Program-made: the position numbers and the translations under genes
Assembly (NCBI RefSeq): GCF_009914755.1
Contig: NC_060927.1
Direction: 5' to 3' (one strand)
Length of the DNA: 64,000 nt
Source of the DNA: the human T2T-CHM13v2.0 reference genome, Homo sapiens
Shown here: positions 1-22,146 of the stretch, piece after piece
How the letters are laid out: the number at the start of each line of letters is the position of its first letter
Position numbering within the stretch: position 1 is the first letter of the stretch
The notes under the pieces: generated by a model
The model's database searches: none
Told to the model about the DNA's origin: nothing
The model's input: only the letters and a program-made list of their open reading frames with translations

Positions 1-252
1 TTAGAGTTCAGCAGAGAGGTGAACCTGCTGAACCCTGAGGTGGGGGTCATCAATGGGTGAGTGATCGTGCAATGTGAGCGGATGAAACTGCTTCAGGAAA
101 AAACACAGAGTAAGAAGAGAGAAGGGCATACGGCAGAACTGCATTAAAAAAAATTCCAGGCCAGGCACGGTGGCTCATGCCTGTAATCCCAGCACTTTGG
201 GAGGCTGAGGTGGGCGAATCATGAGCTCAGGAGTTCAAGACCATCCTGGCTA

Positions 253-554
<302 letters not shown>

Positions 555-1436
555 TTAACTGCTACGTCACTTTATTTCCCATGGATGTGAGCAATGAGTC
601 TAGATTCTGATCTAGGTTCTAACTGACTCCAAAGACTTTTGTCAGTCTATGATACAATGTTGCCTCCTCAGTCCTAGGATGGTGCTTTTTGCTGTTTTGG
701 GTTTGCTTTTTTTGTTGAGACAGGGTCTCCCTCTAGGCTGCAGTGGCACAATCATAGCTCACTGGAGCCTCAACCTCCCAGGCTTAAGCAATCTTCCCAG
801 CTCAGCCTCCGGAGTAGCTGAGTCTACAGGCATGCACCACCATGGCTGGCTAAGTTTTTAAATTTTTTACAGAGATAGGGATCTTGCTGTGTTGCCCAGG
901 CTGGTCTTGTATTCCTGGCCTCAAATTTCTAGTGATCTTCCTGCCTCAACTTCCCAAAGTGCTAGAATTATAGGCATGAACCACCACGCCCAGCCAAGTA
1001 TACATACTTTAATACCAATTAGTTGATTAGCTCTTTTCCAATGTGATTGCTGGCTGAGAATAAATTCTGATAAAAAAGAAAGATGAGCTTAGAGTTCCAG
1101 GTAGTTATACGAGGCCCTGACAGGGGATGACATGAGCGAGAACACACAATTATGCCTGTATTTGTGAGGTCTGATTTTTTTTTTAAATAGGAGGATACTA
1201 AACCCCAGTGACTCACTTGACAACTTTATCCAGAACCAAAATGTATTTAAAACACTGCAAATGGAGTAACTGCCAAAGAGAAAGCAGAAACCTTTAAGAA
1301 TTATTGGATTCTACTCATTTCAAAACTCAAAGCTGATTATAGAGTTTTTGAGGATATAAAGAAAAAGAAACTCGGCTAGGCGCAGTGGCTCACGCCTGTC
1401 ATCCCAGCACTTTGGGAGGTCGAGGCAGGCGGATCA

Positions 1437-1704
<268 letters not shown>

Positions 1705-2513
1705 TTATATTTTAAAAATTTAAGCTACAATCAAACTACCATTCATAAGCGTCAACCAGGTATCTATAAAGTAAAACTCAAAGGGTATTCTAAATATGAC
1801 AATATTTTATAAATAGTTCTCGGATTGTCCTAGGATGCTAGGAGGAAAATTTAATGAGTCATTGTGTCCTCCTCCTCTTCCTCCTCATCATAGCACATAC
1901 TAGGAGAGCTCTTCCTATTCTCTTAATGCTTTACATACCACACCAACCCTAGAGGTAGACAGATGCTACCTCATTTCACTGGTGAGGAAACTAAGGCACA
2001 AAGAGGTTAAGTATTTTGCCCAAGGTTACACAGCTAACACATGAAGGAGCTGAAAACTGAATCCAGGCAGTCTGGCTCTACCCTGAGCCACAGTACCTAT
2101 TAACTACTCGTGTCATAGTTAACATGAGTTAACTACTAACTCTTCTTTTCCCTAGTCACTTTTATGCCTGCTAGTTTTCACAGATACTTTGAGGATAAAG
2201 TCTCACTATCCTTACAAAGAAAGCACATTAATTCTTTCTTCCCATTATTAATTTGAAGTAAAGATAGTAATAACAAAAGTCTAAATTTAGGGAACAAGAT
2301 GAAAATTCTAATTCAAAAAGAATCACAGGAAGAGCTGATTATTTTGTCTCAGGAAAGAGACGTTGATTCTAATTACACGAATCTTATCAAGCCTAAGCAA
2401 TTAATTATCACTAGAACACACTGGCTTCTAGACAAAAGGATTTCCCACAGGGAAGTACTTTTAATGTCACTGAGCACATGGAGTTTCATCTTTTCATTCT
2501 TTTGTTGTTGTGA

Positions 2514-2621
<108 letters not shown>

Positions 2622-2948
2622 TAGCTGGGATTACAGGTGCGCGCCACCACGCCCGGCTAATTTTTGTAATTTTAGTAGATACAGAGTTTCACCATGTTGG
2701 CCAGGCTGGTCTTAAACTGATCTCAAGTGATCTGCCCCACTTGGTCTACCAAAGTGCTGGGATTACAGGCGTGAGCCACTGTGCCTGGCCACCTTCTCAT
2801 TCTGTAGAAACATTTCATGCATGAAAGTCAGAAATAAGTGAACATATTTTTGCCTTGGCTGTTTTTCTTCCTTTATCCTACCTACTTCTGAAAAAAACCA
2901 GCATGGTTTTAAAACCAAAACTAAGATTCAGAAGGAAAAGCTTCCTGG

Positions 2949-4105
<1,157 letters not shown>

Positions 4106-4347
4106 TTTAAGTTGACCTAATCTTTTGTTGCTGATTTGCTGTCCTACCCAGTGATTTATTCATTCCATTAACATCTATGGTCCATCAGACACGATGTGAA
4201 ACGTTCTGTATATTAAAAAAATGAATTAAGTCACAGCTGCTCTCAGGAGTCCACAGACCAGTGGCCTTCATCTCCTCCCTGCCAATGCGACTGTTTCTTT
4301 TCAACAAGCGAGTCAGCCAATCTGGCAAAAAAAGGAGTTCTGCATAC

Positions 4348-4501
4348 CTGGTCACGGATAAGCCCGTGATAGAGGATGCTCTGCATGTCCCTGCAAAGCC
4401 GCTCCAAGCCACCATACTTAGACCAGACGTTGGGGCTGTTGGTTGATACCAAACCCTCCACCGTCGTCTTCAAATTACCCAGCAACTGCCAGTGCTCCCT
4501 C
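4348..4501 (-). CDS. RUBCN: Rubicon coding exon 2 (N-terminal region into start of RUN domain)
   Basis: Minus strand cttgcag|GAGGGAGCACTGG...GACCAG|gtatgc, 154 nt. It encodes (R)[51 protein letters not shown] and is phase-compatible with the 65-nt exon 1 CDS (total 219 nt = 73 codons). Later exons lie beyond the left edge. Confidence 0.95.
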
Positions 4502-4815
4502 CTGCAAGGGCATCAGTTACACCAATCGTTAGTTACCTTTGCTGTACTTGATCCTGATCATATCAAAGAAAGTCTAAGCCGAGGAGCCTCCTGCCCCACA
4601 TCCTAACATTCTCTCCCCTCTTAATTTTTACTTGGGCACAAAACTCAACTCTGAGAGAATTAAAGTTGTGAACAATACTAATTTAAAGACAAAAAACAAA
4701 CAGCAAAAACCCTCACATTCAAATGGTAGATTATGCTTTGTAAAGGGATTTTCATCTACTATCTCACTCAATCCTCACATAAGCAGCTTATAACCCTAAC
4801 TTTATAGGGGTATAA

Positions 4816-4992
<177 letters not shown>

Positions 4993-5628
4993 TAAATTTT
5001 TTGTAGAGATGGGGTCTCACTATGCTGCCCAACTCCTGGCCTCAAGTGATCCTCCCACCTCGGCCTCCCAGAGAGCTGGGATTACAGATGTAATCCACTG
5101 CACTCAGCCTAAGATCCATTTCTTAACAATGACAGTACCTGCACAATATACAAAAAGATGAAGGCATCCACACAGAACCAGACATCTTTTGCCAAACAAA
5201 AAAGGCCAAAAACAACTTCTTATTTCCTATATTTCCAAGCACTAACTACAGCATCGTGAAGGACAGAAACTGTAGGACTAAGGCGGTCACTAAAATGTCA
5301 TTTATGATTATACCGTAAGAAACGGCCATCGCAGAGGCCAATGGACTGCCAACTTTTGCCCAGTGACTCTGCATATCCTATGCCTCTTCCTCAGAGCAAA
5401 CTAGCCTCTGATTTCTTAGTGACACAGTTTTCCCATGTGCCAACAGGTTACAATCCGGTCTCATAGGCCTGAGAATCAGTCTGACTCATGACGTGACTCT
5501 GCATACCTGTGTTCTGATTCATTCTGTACTGATCTTACAAGGTTAACTGTTAAAGAACATCATGAGGCTGGACGCAGTGGCTCACACCTGTAATCCCAGC
5601 AATTTGGGAGGCTGAGGCGGGTGGATCA

Positions 5629-5934
<306 letters not shown>

Positions 5935-6174
5935 TTACACAAAGAGCATTGACATCTTAGAAACTTTGAGCATTCAGATCTACCTATAATTTCCTCTGGA
6001 CAAAGCTGAAGAATTTCCCTTCCTCACAATGAAGTGTCCCTAAGGTGCCAAAGCTACAAAAGAATGTGGCTTTTATTCTAAGATACACCAAACAATCTAT
6101 ATTTGGTATCTGCTCATGTAGAAGAAAACTTCTGTAAAAAATTGATTTACATAGCTACCGTATTTAGTGTCACC

Positions 6175-10070
<3,896 letters not shown>

Positions 10071-12533
10071 GTTGAAATACTAAATTCAACTGAAGCTCAT
10101 ACACACTGGTTTGATTAAACCATTATGCCTGAATCTTAGATGCAAGTAAACAGATCACAATGGAGAAATAAAATATCCTTTCCCAGCCAGGCGCAGTGGC
10201 TCACGCCTGTAATCCCAGCACTTTGAGGGGCTGAGGCAGGCAGATCACCTGAGGTCAGGAGTTCGAGACCAACCTGACCAACATGGAAAAACCCCGTTCT
10301 CTACTAAAAAAATATAAAAATTAGCCAGGCGTGGTGGCACATGCCTGTAATCCCAGCTACTCGAGAGGCTGAGGCAGGAGAATTGCTTGAACCTGGGGGG
10401 CGGCCTAAGTGGCAAGGGAGAGTATAACCCATCCCTACATAAATCATTTTCATCAACTCACAACGAAGCCAATCTCAGAATAAAATACCAACTACCTTCT
10501 TCTGGGAGGATCTTGACCACATCCCTCCTTTAAAGAGGAACAGAAATTGCTTAAGTGACCCAAATAAGTATATCTGGGGAAAACCAGTTTTCCTAGATGC
10601 CAACTCAGTCTTAAGCTCACCATGTTATAATAAGTATGTTATAATAAGTAACACTCAAGATTAAAGTAAAAAGCTACAAAACTCTGTAAAGTATTACACT
10701 ATATAACTAATACATAACTAAAACATAATCACTAAAAATATATGACATGTGAGTATCTTATATGTGATATATATGAAATATATAATAAATAGTAAATAAG
10801 TGAAAGTACTATGCAATTGCAAAGTGTGATTCAAGGTAAGAAATAGATACTGGTCTATCTTCAATCCCCAAATACTCTTTTTAGTGGTAAAGGAAACAGC
10901 TTCAGCTTACTGGCATGTCCCTTCCACAGTGAGCTCTTTATCTGGGACAGGCCCATGGATCACAGCTGAAAGTCAGGTTGTCCCAAGTCAGGTAATGATT
11001 TGATCCCCAAAGTGGAGGAAGAAAGATGTGACATCCACATGATGGAATACCATGAAGAATGAAAACTTTTGACCAAAAAGTTTCTAAAGCTAATTATAGC
11101 ATATTAAAGTATAAAAAGCAGAATGTAAAATTAGATTTACGATCTCAACATAAAAATATGAAAAGAAATAATACGTTAATAGTGGTTACCTTTAGTAATA
11201 TGGGGGAACTGTAGAGAAGAGCAGAATTGTTTAGGGCTTTCCTGAGACTAGCGATTAATAGAGGATCAGTAGACTGGGTGTGGTGGCTCACGCCTGTAAC
11301 CCCAGCACTTTGGGAGGCTGAGGCAGGTGCATTGCTTGAGCTCAGGAGTTCAAGACCAGCCTGGCCAACATGCAAAATCCCGTCTCTACAAAAAAACTAA
11401 AAAAATCCCTCCCCACAAAGAAAGGATCAATAATCTGAACAAACCAGAAGCTGGAAAGTACCATAAAGGATTTTTAAAATACTCAGTATCAAGGGCTTCA
11501 AAGTTGGAAGACTGTGGTCAGGCAAGTGTCCCTGGGACTTTTAATGCCAGAAAGTACTTCCTGGAAAGAGGTAATGGGTTCCTCCTTCAGGTAGAAAAAA
11601 TATAATTAAGTGAAATAATTATTGGTAACACTGAGGTAGCGAGAGACTATCACATGTGTGTTTAATGTTTCTTCTTATCTGGCCATATATTTGCTGTTTT
11701 TAATTATCTAGTATTTAACTTGCAGGCTGTGTAGTTGAATGTGCTCCTTTTTACATAAATAATATGCTTTAAATAAATAACATGCTTATAGGAAAAACAT
11801 ACTTGACTCTCTTATATAGTCTCTCAGCTCTGGGGCACCTGGGAGAATGTAACCATCGGCCAGTCCCATACATTTCATGGCTGACAGGAGAATCTTTTTT
11901 TTTTTTTTTTTTTTTTTTTTTTGTAGAGACCAGAGTCTTACTATGTTGCTGAGATTGGTCTCAAACTCTTGGGCTCAAGCAACCATCTGCCTCGGCCTCC
12001 TAAAGTGCTAGGATTACAGACGTGAGCCACTGCACGCAGCCAAAGCAGAATCTTAATGTACAGGAGGGAATAAGCAGTACCTGTAGGTATGCTTTGTAAT
12101 TCGACACCTATTTAACACCTGAGTAACATCAAATGCATTGAATTTCAACAATCAGTGGATTTAACATACGGATGAAAAATCCCTTATGTCAGAAACCTAA
12201 CCACCAACAAACTCCTTAGCATGGAGGTGAAAAATTCTCCATCATTGGCCCCAATCTAAATACCAACTTTGCTGCCCAGTACTCCTCAGGTTAGGTACGG
12301 GGACCTCATCACACACTATTACAAACATGCCAACCTCACTCTACTGCCATGATCTTATTCATGCAGAGCTCTCCACCTGGAACGCCTGTTCTCACCCCAT
12401 TCAGGGATTCAGGTCCAGCTCTAATTCAACTTTCTCTAAAAAGGTTCTAAATAATCTGACCCACTATAGCTCCTTTATTAGAACTCCAAAAGCGTATGAT
12501 GTCGCTATACCATTCCTTCTAAAAATACTTTAA

Positions 12534-12830
<297 letters not shown>

Positions 12831-12864
12831 TAGCCAGGATGGTCTCGATCTCCTGACCTCGTGA

Positions 12865-13083
<219 letters not shown>

Positions 13084-13285
13084 TAATTTTTGTATTTTTT
13101 AGTAGAGACGGGGTTTCACCATGTTGGTCAGGCTGGTCTCAAACTCCTGACCTCATGATCCGCCCGCCTCAGCCTCCCAAAGTGCTGGGATTACAGATCT
13201 TTTGTATTTTAATAAGCAGGAAGAAAATGTCACCCAGTAGAAAGAAAATAGACATCATAGTCATTTAAACTGAATTTGAATTTGA

Positions 13286-13468
<183 letters not shown>

Positions 13469-14356
13469 TGACACCATGCCCAGCTAATTTTTGTATTTTT
13501 AGTAGAAATGGGGTTTCACCATGTTGGCCAGGCTGGTCTCGAACTCTTGACTTCAAGTGATCTGCCTGCCTCAGCCTCCCAAAGTGCTGGGATTACAGGC
13601 GTGAGCCACCTCACCTGGCCTAGATCCACATTCTTGACCAAGCCATTTAAACTCTTGAAGCTTCAATTCCCTCACTGTAAAATGGAGACAACAATTGCTT
13701 CACAGAGGAGGGTGTAACTGACAATCTAGGGGAAGCATTATCATAGAGCAGAGAATAATATTCTCTTTTCTCTGCCATTTTCCCCCTGTGAACTTCCATT
13801 GCATAAATCTAATAAATCCAACAAAATCAGGAAGGGTACCTAGAATAAAGCCTTCTTACCCATTCTGCTTAAAAAGAAAATTCTGCCAAAAATTGTAAAG
13901 GATTGGACAGTCTGCAGCATAATGAAGTTTGGTTACAGTGTTCCACATCCAAACAGTATCTCCACTGCGTTTAAACCAAGGTCAGGTCTGCAGGTAAGCA
14001 TGGATTGCAAGGCCCTGTTGATGCTGTTGGTCCTCTCACTGAAGTAGGAAAGCTAGGAAGGACTTCCTCAAATACTGGATATGACTTTTATATGGTAAAG
14101 ACTTAAATCTGCTTGACGGAATGGAAGAAACTGTCAAGGTGTTACTGCGGCACAATAAGGCTGATTTCATGAGACATATAAGAAAGACAATCTTATTACT
14201 TCACCAGGCTCATGTTATACTGTCTAGGTAGCAGAATGCTTTACAAACAAGGTAAAGCAGGCACACAACACCACTTTAATAGCAATGGCACGGGAGGAAA
14301 GACAAAGTGTTTCAGTCTTTTCAGTTTCAGGTAGATGATTTAAAGGTAAAAGGCAC

Positions 14357-14570
14357 GCTGGGCACAGCGGTACATGCCTGTAGTCCCAGCTCCTCAGGAG
14401 GCTGAAGCAGGAGGACTGCCTGACCTATGCTGGGCACAGTGGCACATGCCTGTAGTCCCAGCTCCTCAGGAGGCTGAAGCAGGAGGACTGCCTGACCTAT
14501 GCTGGGCACAGTGGCACATGCCTGTAGTCCCAGCTCCTCAGGAGGCTGAGGCAGGAGGATTGCCTGACCT
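14357..14570 (+). repeat. 72-bp triplication within an Alu monomer (FLAM-like)
   Basis: Units start at 14357, 14429, 14501; the monomer 3' end follows to ~14620. Confidence 0.9.
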
Positions 14571-15362
14571 CAAAAGTTCAAGTCTAGCCTGGGCAACAAT
14601 GTGAGAACCCTTCAAAAAACAAAAACAGCTGTGGGGAGAGGAAAAGCTTCAGGCTTAGAGTCCTTGCAGTCCCCTCCTGGGTTCTGACAACAGCAGCTTC
14701 CCCAAAAGCTTCAAGGGTATGTTTCTGTAATTTTTGTACTAAAAATCGAACTAGCAATTGCTAGTTTCCTTTAAAATCATGTGATCATCCTGCTTTGCTA
14801 CTAGCTCTATGTAAACTGTTAACTCCTAGAATAATCAAACAGGGACGGGAAAGAAAGAAAACAGGAAATATAAAAACGTGAAAAAGTGAAAATGAATAGG
14901 AGAAATGCGAAGAAAGTGGCACTTCCAATGACAACAGTTCCACTAGCATCTGCCCATCTGTAAGAGGGATGACCACAACGTTAATGTCTTCATTCCTCAA
15001 ACAAATATTCACTGAACACCAACTATATGTCAGGCACTGGGCTAGGCACTGGTGCTTAAAGAAGCGTTATAGCGGTTAAAGAGGAAGAGTCCCATCTGTC
15101 AGAGAATTCAGAACGTAATGGGGGAAATGGACACTTACATAACCATGCTATGAAGGGAGATGTCAGATGTGCTCTAACAGAGAGGGGTGCCTTCTAAAGC
15201 AGCGTCATTTAAGGGACGACTAAGAGCTCTCCAGGCAAAGAGGGAGGTATTGCAGTGAGTGTAGAAAAGCAAGAATGAGAATGGCAAGAAAGATGTGAGA
15301 GTGGGTGAGTGTGCCATGGTTTTGTAATTGGAAACTTCATTAAGTACTAACAGAAAGATTCA

Positions 15363-15867
<505 letters not shown>

Positions 15868-16102
15868 TGATCCACCTGCCTCGGCCTCCCAAAGTGCTGG
15901 GATTACAGGCGTGAGCCACCGCGTCCGGCCCCTGCTTTTGTTTTGTTCTGTTTTTTGAGACAGTCTCGATCTGTTGCCCAGGGTGGAGTGCAGTGGCATC
16001 ACCTGGGCTCACTGCAACCTCCGCCTACCAGGTTCAAGCAATTCTCCTGCCTAGCCTCCTGAGTAGCTGGGATTACAGGGGTGCACAACCACATCTGGCT
16101 AA

Positions 16103-16415
<313 letters not shown>

Positions 16416-16937
16416 GGCTATCTGGAATTGGGACTAAATTCAGGTTGGAAGATTAGTTAAGAAGCTACTGAGGTAATCCCCAAGAAGAGATTATATGGGT
16501 CTACAGTGAATAAACTTTATATCTGCCCAGAATTTGTCCCTTTATTTTGGTAAGAGAACCCTGATTTTCCACTGAGGAACCACCTCTCTACTACTTACTC
16601 TGGTCCATGAGGTTCCAAGATCTCACCCTCCCTTAGGATCCAGGGTTGGGCACATAACTTAGGCCTGACTAAGCAGAATAGCCCATACCCCGACCACAAG
16701 AACAGAAACATAACTCAAATCAGTCCAAAAAGAGTCAGCCCCGGGATTTTTGCTTTTGCTGGAGCTGCTGGGACTGCATCTTTCTTGTTGCTGGTATTGC
16801 TAAGCTTGGAGTTGCTATGGTAACCTGTAGAATAGTCTACCTGAGAATGAAAACAACACATCTGGAAGCAGAGCCCAGAGACAGAGACAAATTCTTAATT
16901 TGAACACCCATATTTGGGCATTTCTGAAGCAACAGTA

Positions 16938-18254
16938 CACCCTAGATTTTTTTTTTTTTTTTTTTTGAGAGAGAAAGTGGGACCAGGGGGCCATCACCAG
17001 TGTGGATGCTGTGCCAAGGCCCGGAGCTCTGGGAGCCCACACCATTTATTGATGATCAAACAAAGAAACAGGTGGTGAGGATGTGGGGGTTGAAAGGAAA
17101 CAGTGTATCAAGTGAATGAGAAACATATGGCTGCTTGAGATAATGGGAGTGCTAGAAGCAAGGAGCCAGCAAGTCTAGCAGACATGCAAGCCCTGCATCA
17201 GCTTCTCTCCCAACACTCAGCTTTTCTCATTAAAATATCTTTTTTTTTCATATTTTAAAAGCATCTTTTTTTTTTTTTTTTTTTTTTTTACAGTTTCAAC
17301 TATTTATTCAACACCTTAGTGAACATCTGCTCAGTGCGGGCATTATTATGTGTTAACTAGAGGTTTTTTGTTTTTGTTTTTGTTTTTATTGATCATTCTT
17401 GGGTGTTTCTCGCAGAGGGGGATTTGGCAGGGTCACAGGACAATAGTGGAGGGAAGGTCAGCAGATAAACAAGTGAACAAAGGTCTCCGGTTTTCCTAGG
17501 CAGAGGACCCTGCGGCCTTCCGCAGTGTTTGTGTCCCTGGGTACTTGAGATTAGGGAGTGGTGATGACTCTTAAGGAGCATGCTGCCTTCAAGCATCTGT
17601 TTAACAAAGCACATCTTGCACCACCCTCAATCCATTCAACCCTGAGTGGATACAGCACATGTTTCAGAGAGCACAGGGTTGGGGGTAACGTCACCAATCA
17701 ACAGGATCCCAAGGCAGAAGAATTTTTCTTAGTACAGAACAAAATGAAAAGTCTCCCATGTCTACCTCTTTCCACACAGACACGGCAACCATCCGATTTC
17801 TCAATCTTTTCCCCACCTTTCCCCCGTTTCTATTCTACAAAACCGCCATTGTCATCATGGCCCGTTCTCAATGAGCTGTTGGGTACACCTCCCAGACGGG
17901 GTGGTGGCTGGGCAGAGGGGCTCCTCACTTCCCAGTAGGCGCGGCCGGGCAGAGGCGCCCCTCACCTCCCGGATGGGGCGGCTGGCCGGGCGGGGGGCTG
18001 ACCCCCCCACCTCCCTCCCGGACGGGGCGGCTGGCCGGGCAGAGGGGCTCCTCACTTCCCAGTAGGGGCAGCCGGGCAGAGGCGCCCCTCACTTCCCGGA
18101 TGGGGCGACTGGCCGGGCGGGGGGCTGACCCCCCCACCTCCCTCCCGGATGGGGCGGCTGGCCGGGCGGGGGGCTGACCCCCCCACCTCCCTCCCGGACA
18201 GGGCAGCTGGCCGGGCAGAGTGGCTCCTCACTTCCCAGTCACCCTAGATTTTTT
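16938..18254 (-). mobile_element. 5'-truncated SVA (D-F-like VNTR) with serial 3' transductions, including TSDs
   Basis: SINE-R ~17385-17890, GC-rich VNTR ~17890-18239. TSD caccctagatttttt at 16938-16952 and 18240-18254. T tracts at 16947-16966, 17266-17289 and 17364-17387. Confidence 0.92.
16967..17229 (-). mobile_element. LTR14A-like (HERV-K14 group) LTR fragment carried inside the SVA insertion
   Basis: Minus strand tgagaaaagctgagtgttgggagagaagctg...caataaat...ggccccctggtcccactttctctctc resembles the recalled LTR14A consensus, truncated by poly(A). Confidence 0.7.
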
Positions 18255-18605
18255 AGTACTATAAGCCATTATATTTGGAAATGGAGAGAAAAAGAAGGCT
18301 TCAAAAGAAAAATTAGGAACAGAATTTTAGACCCTGGTGACTGCTTACATATGGGAAATAGAGAAGAGCGAAATGTCAAATGTCACTCTGACGCTCTGGC
18401 TTGTTGAGTGAGTGGAAAATGCTATTAACAGAGATCAGAGGAGGGGCAGGTTTTGGTCAGTGGAATAAGCTTAGTTTGGAGATGCTAAAACGGATCTTAC
18501 TCCTTGAATTCTGACTGTACCTGGATCACGGTGCCAGGAGCACTGAGCAGTACATGTACCTGAGCTGCAAGCTCAGCAGTAGACTGCATGGCCAAGGCAG
18601 TCTAG

Positions 18606-18893
<288 letters not shown>

Positions 18894-20282
18894 TAGCCAG
18901 GATGGTCTCGATCTCCTGACCTCGTGATCCACCCACCTTGGCCTCCCAAAGTGTTGGGATTACAGGCGTGAGCCACCGTGCCCAGTGTAGTGTAGTAGTT
19001 TTACCAGGCAACCTCAAAATAACTGGCATTTAGGAAACGGAGGGAAAGTGAAGTATCATCCCTAAGCCCCAGAGCATCTGGCTGGAGTGATAGCTAGACG
19101 GAAAACAATAGGGAAGCCCATCACCTAAGCACACTACCGGGGAAGTGGGAAGCTAAGCCAACACTCTAGGTCCCAATGTGTTCAACTCGGATGAAGGAGC
19201 CACTGAAAGAGGAAGAACAAGTGATACCCTTGCAAACAGTCACTTGTGGGGGAGACCCTCGCCTTATTTCAAAAAAACTAGCAAGGGGTGGATTCGACAT
19301 TTTTCCTACTTCCTACGTATCAGGCTCTCAGGAGCTTTATGCACATTGTTTTATTGAATCCTCAGAACTTCTCAGGCAGGAAAGCATTATTCTTCCTACT
19401 CAGGCAGGTTACGTAAAGTAACTTGATCAAGTTAAGCCAAATTAATCCGTGAACTAGGATTCAAATGCAGGTCTGACTTTAAAGCTTATTCACGTTTCAT
19501 TATATCAACTACTTAAGGAAAATACACTGAAAAGTTTCATCCTTCATTTTTAAAATGACACTACCGGCTGGGCACAGTGGCTCATGCTTGTAATCCCAGT
19601 GCTCTGGGAGGCCAAGGCAGCAAGATCCCTTGAGGCCAGGAGTTTGAGACTGGCCTAGGCAACATGGTGAGACTCTGTCACTACAAAAAATCTGAAAAAA
19701 TTAAAAATTAGCTGGGAGTGGTGGCACACACCTGTAGTCCTAGCTACTGAGGAGGCTGAGGTGGGAAGATCACCTGAGCCCAGGAGTTTGAGGCTGCAGT
19801 GAGCTACGATTGCACTATTGTACTCCAGCCTGAGTGACACAGTGAGACCCTATCTTTAAAATATATAAATAAATAAATAAAAATGATGCTATCTCATCAA
19901 GAAGACTGTTTCTGAACTGGGTATTTCATTGGCCATAGAAAGGTTATGTTTGCAGTAACCCAGTCACAAAGCCTCAATTAATAGGCACAAGGAATGTGTA
20001 TTTACTAGTTGTGTATCTGGAGCTAAGGAGGCCATCAGTACCATGAAGCCTCATTAAACAACGCATTCTGAATTAATCAGCCGCCAACACAGTATGCCTA
20101 TAACAATGACGGGAGTGACTTTGTGAGGATAACCCCACTACTAAAATTAAGTTTTGATTAAAGTTTTTTGGTTAAGAGGCAATCATAAAAAGAATAAAAG
20201 ACGGGAAAAGATTCTGCAAAGGAGCTTTCCTACTGGCCTGAATGACAGGCACAGAATGCTGTGAAATTTATTCACTATCTTA

Positions 20283-20691
<409 letters not shown>

Positions 20692-21984
20692 TCAGCACTT
20701 TTGAGAGGCCGAGGCTGGAGAATATCTTGAGCCCAGGAGTTTGAGACCAGCCTAGGCAACATAGTGAGACCCTGTCTAAAAAAAGAAAAAAAAAAAAAAG
20801 CGCAGACTCTGGTGCCGAACTGCCTGGGTTTGAATCCAGTTCTGCCAGGGATTCGCTGTACAACCTTGGCAAGTTACTTACCCTGTCCATTTCTCAGCTT
20901 TCTCATCTGTGACACAGCAATAACAGTAGTACCGACCACATACAATAGTTATAGGGATTAAAGAAGTTAACGCAGTATTCATATCTTAATACCTTAAAAC
21001 AATTCCTGGCATGTGGTAAATAGCATTTGTTACATACATTAAAAAAATAACTAACCCAGCCTCCCTCACATGAAGTGGTAGAGGGAAATCAAAACAATCC
21101 TAAAACGTGTTTAGAATTTACATGGGACCTTTCACACGAAGCACGTCACAGACATCTGCAGGAAGAATAAATAGTCAAATAGGCAAAGCAGAAACTGAAA
21201 CATGGAAAAGGGAAGTAAGATGTTCAGTTTCACTTAGCACAAATCATTCTCAGATCTCAGGCAGGAGCCCCAAAGTCCTGTCAGTCCAGGTTTTGTTCAA
21301 CAGGCCACTTTGCACATAAAAGTAGAGTCACCCTTAAAAATAGCAAGTCTTCACCCAGGAACATCTCATAAATCTTCCCTTGTTGATATTTTCTCAGAGG
21401 TAAATATTCTGCTTCTAGTTTTTGGATCCCAGCTGCTCCTGAGACCATCATTATATCTGAAACTGTTTCTAAATGTCAAGTGAGGTCAGGCCTGGTGGCT
21501 CACACCTGTAATTCCAGCACTTTGGGAGGCCGACGTGGCGGGGGAGAATTGCTTGAGCCCAGGAGTTAGAGACCAGCCTGGGCAATATGGTGAGACCCTG
21601 TCTCTACAAAAAAGTTTTTTAAATTAGCCAGATGTGGTAGCTGGCACCTATATCCCCAGCTACTTGGGAAGCTGAGCTAGTATAATCGCTTGAGCCCAAG
21701 AGTTGGAGGCTGCAGTGAGCCGTGTTCACGGCACTGCGCTCAGCCTGGGGGACAGGGTGAGGCTGTGTCTCAAAAAATAAAATAAAAATAAAATAATAAA
21801 TGTCAAGTATGACTCCCTTAAGCCACATTCCTGCTCTCGCCTGTCAGCATTCCAGCCTCTTTAAAAAAGATTAAGACCAGAGTTATTAATGAAGCAAACC
21901 CTAAATATGGAAGGCATCTCTACAGACTCCGATTCATCATTTAGTCAAAGTAGTTCGGGGTTTCTTTGGCTTTTTGTTCTTTGA

Positions 21985-22146
<162 letters not shown>

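Noticed and set aside
4499-4504. NAGNAG (CAG GAG) acceptor at RUBCN exon 2
   Set aside because: A distal GAG is rarely used and the effect would be loss of one Arg.
17393-18137. ORFs such as MCFVKQMLEGS... and MVMTLKEHAAFKH...
   Set aside because: Standard SVA SINE-R/VNTR translations.
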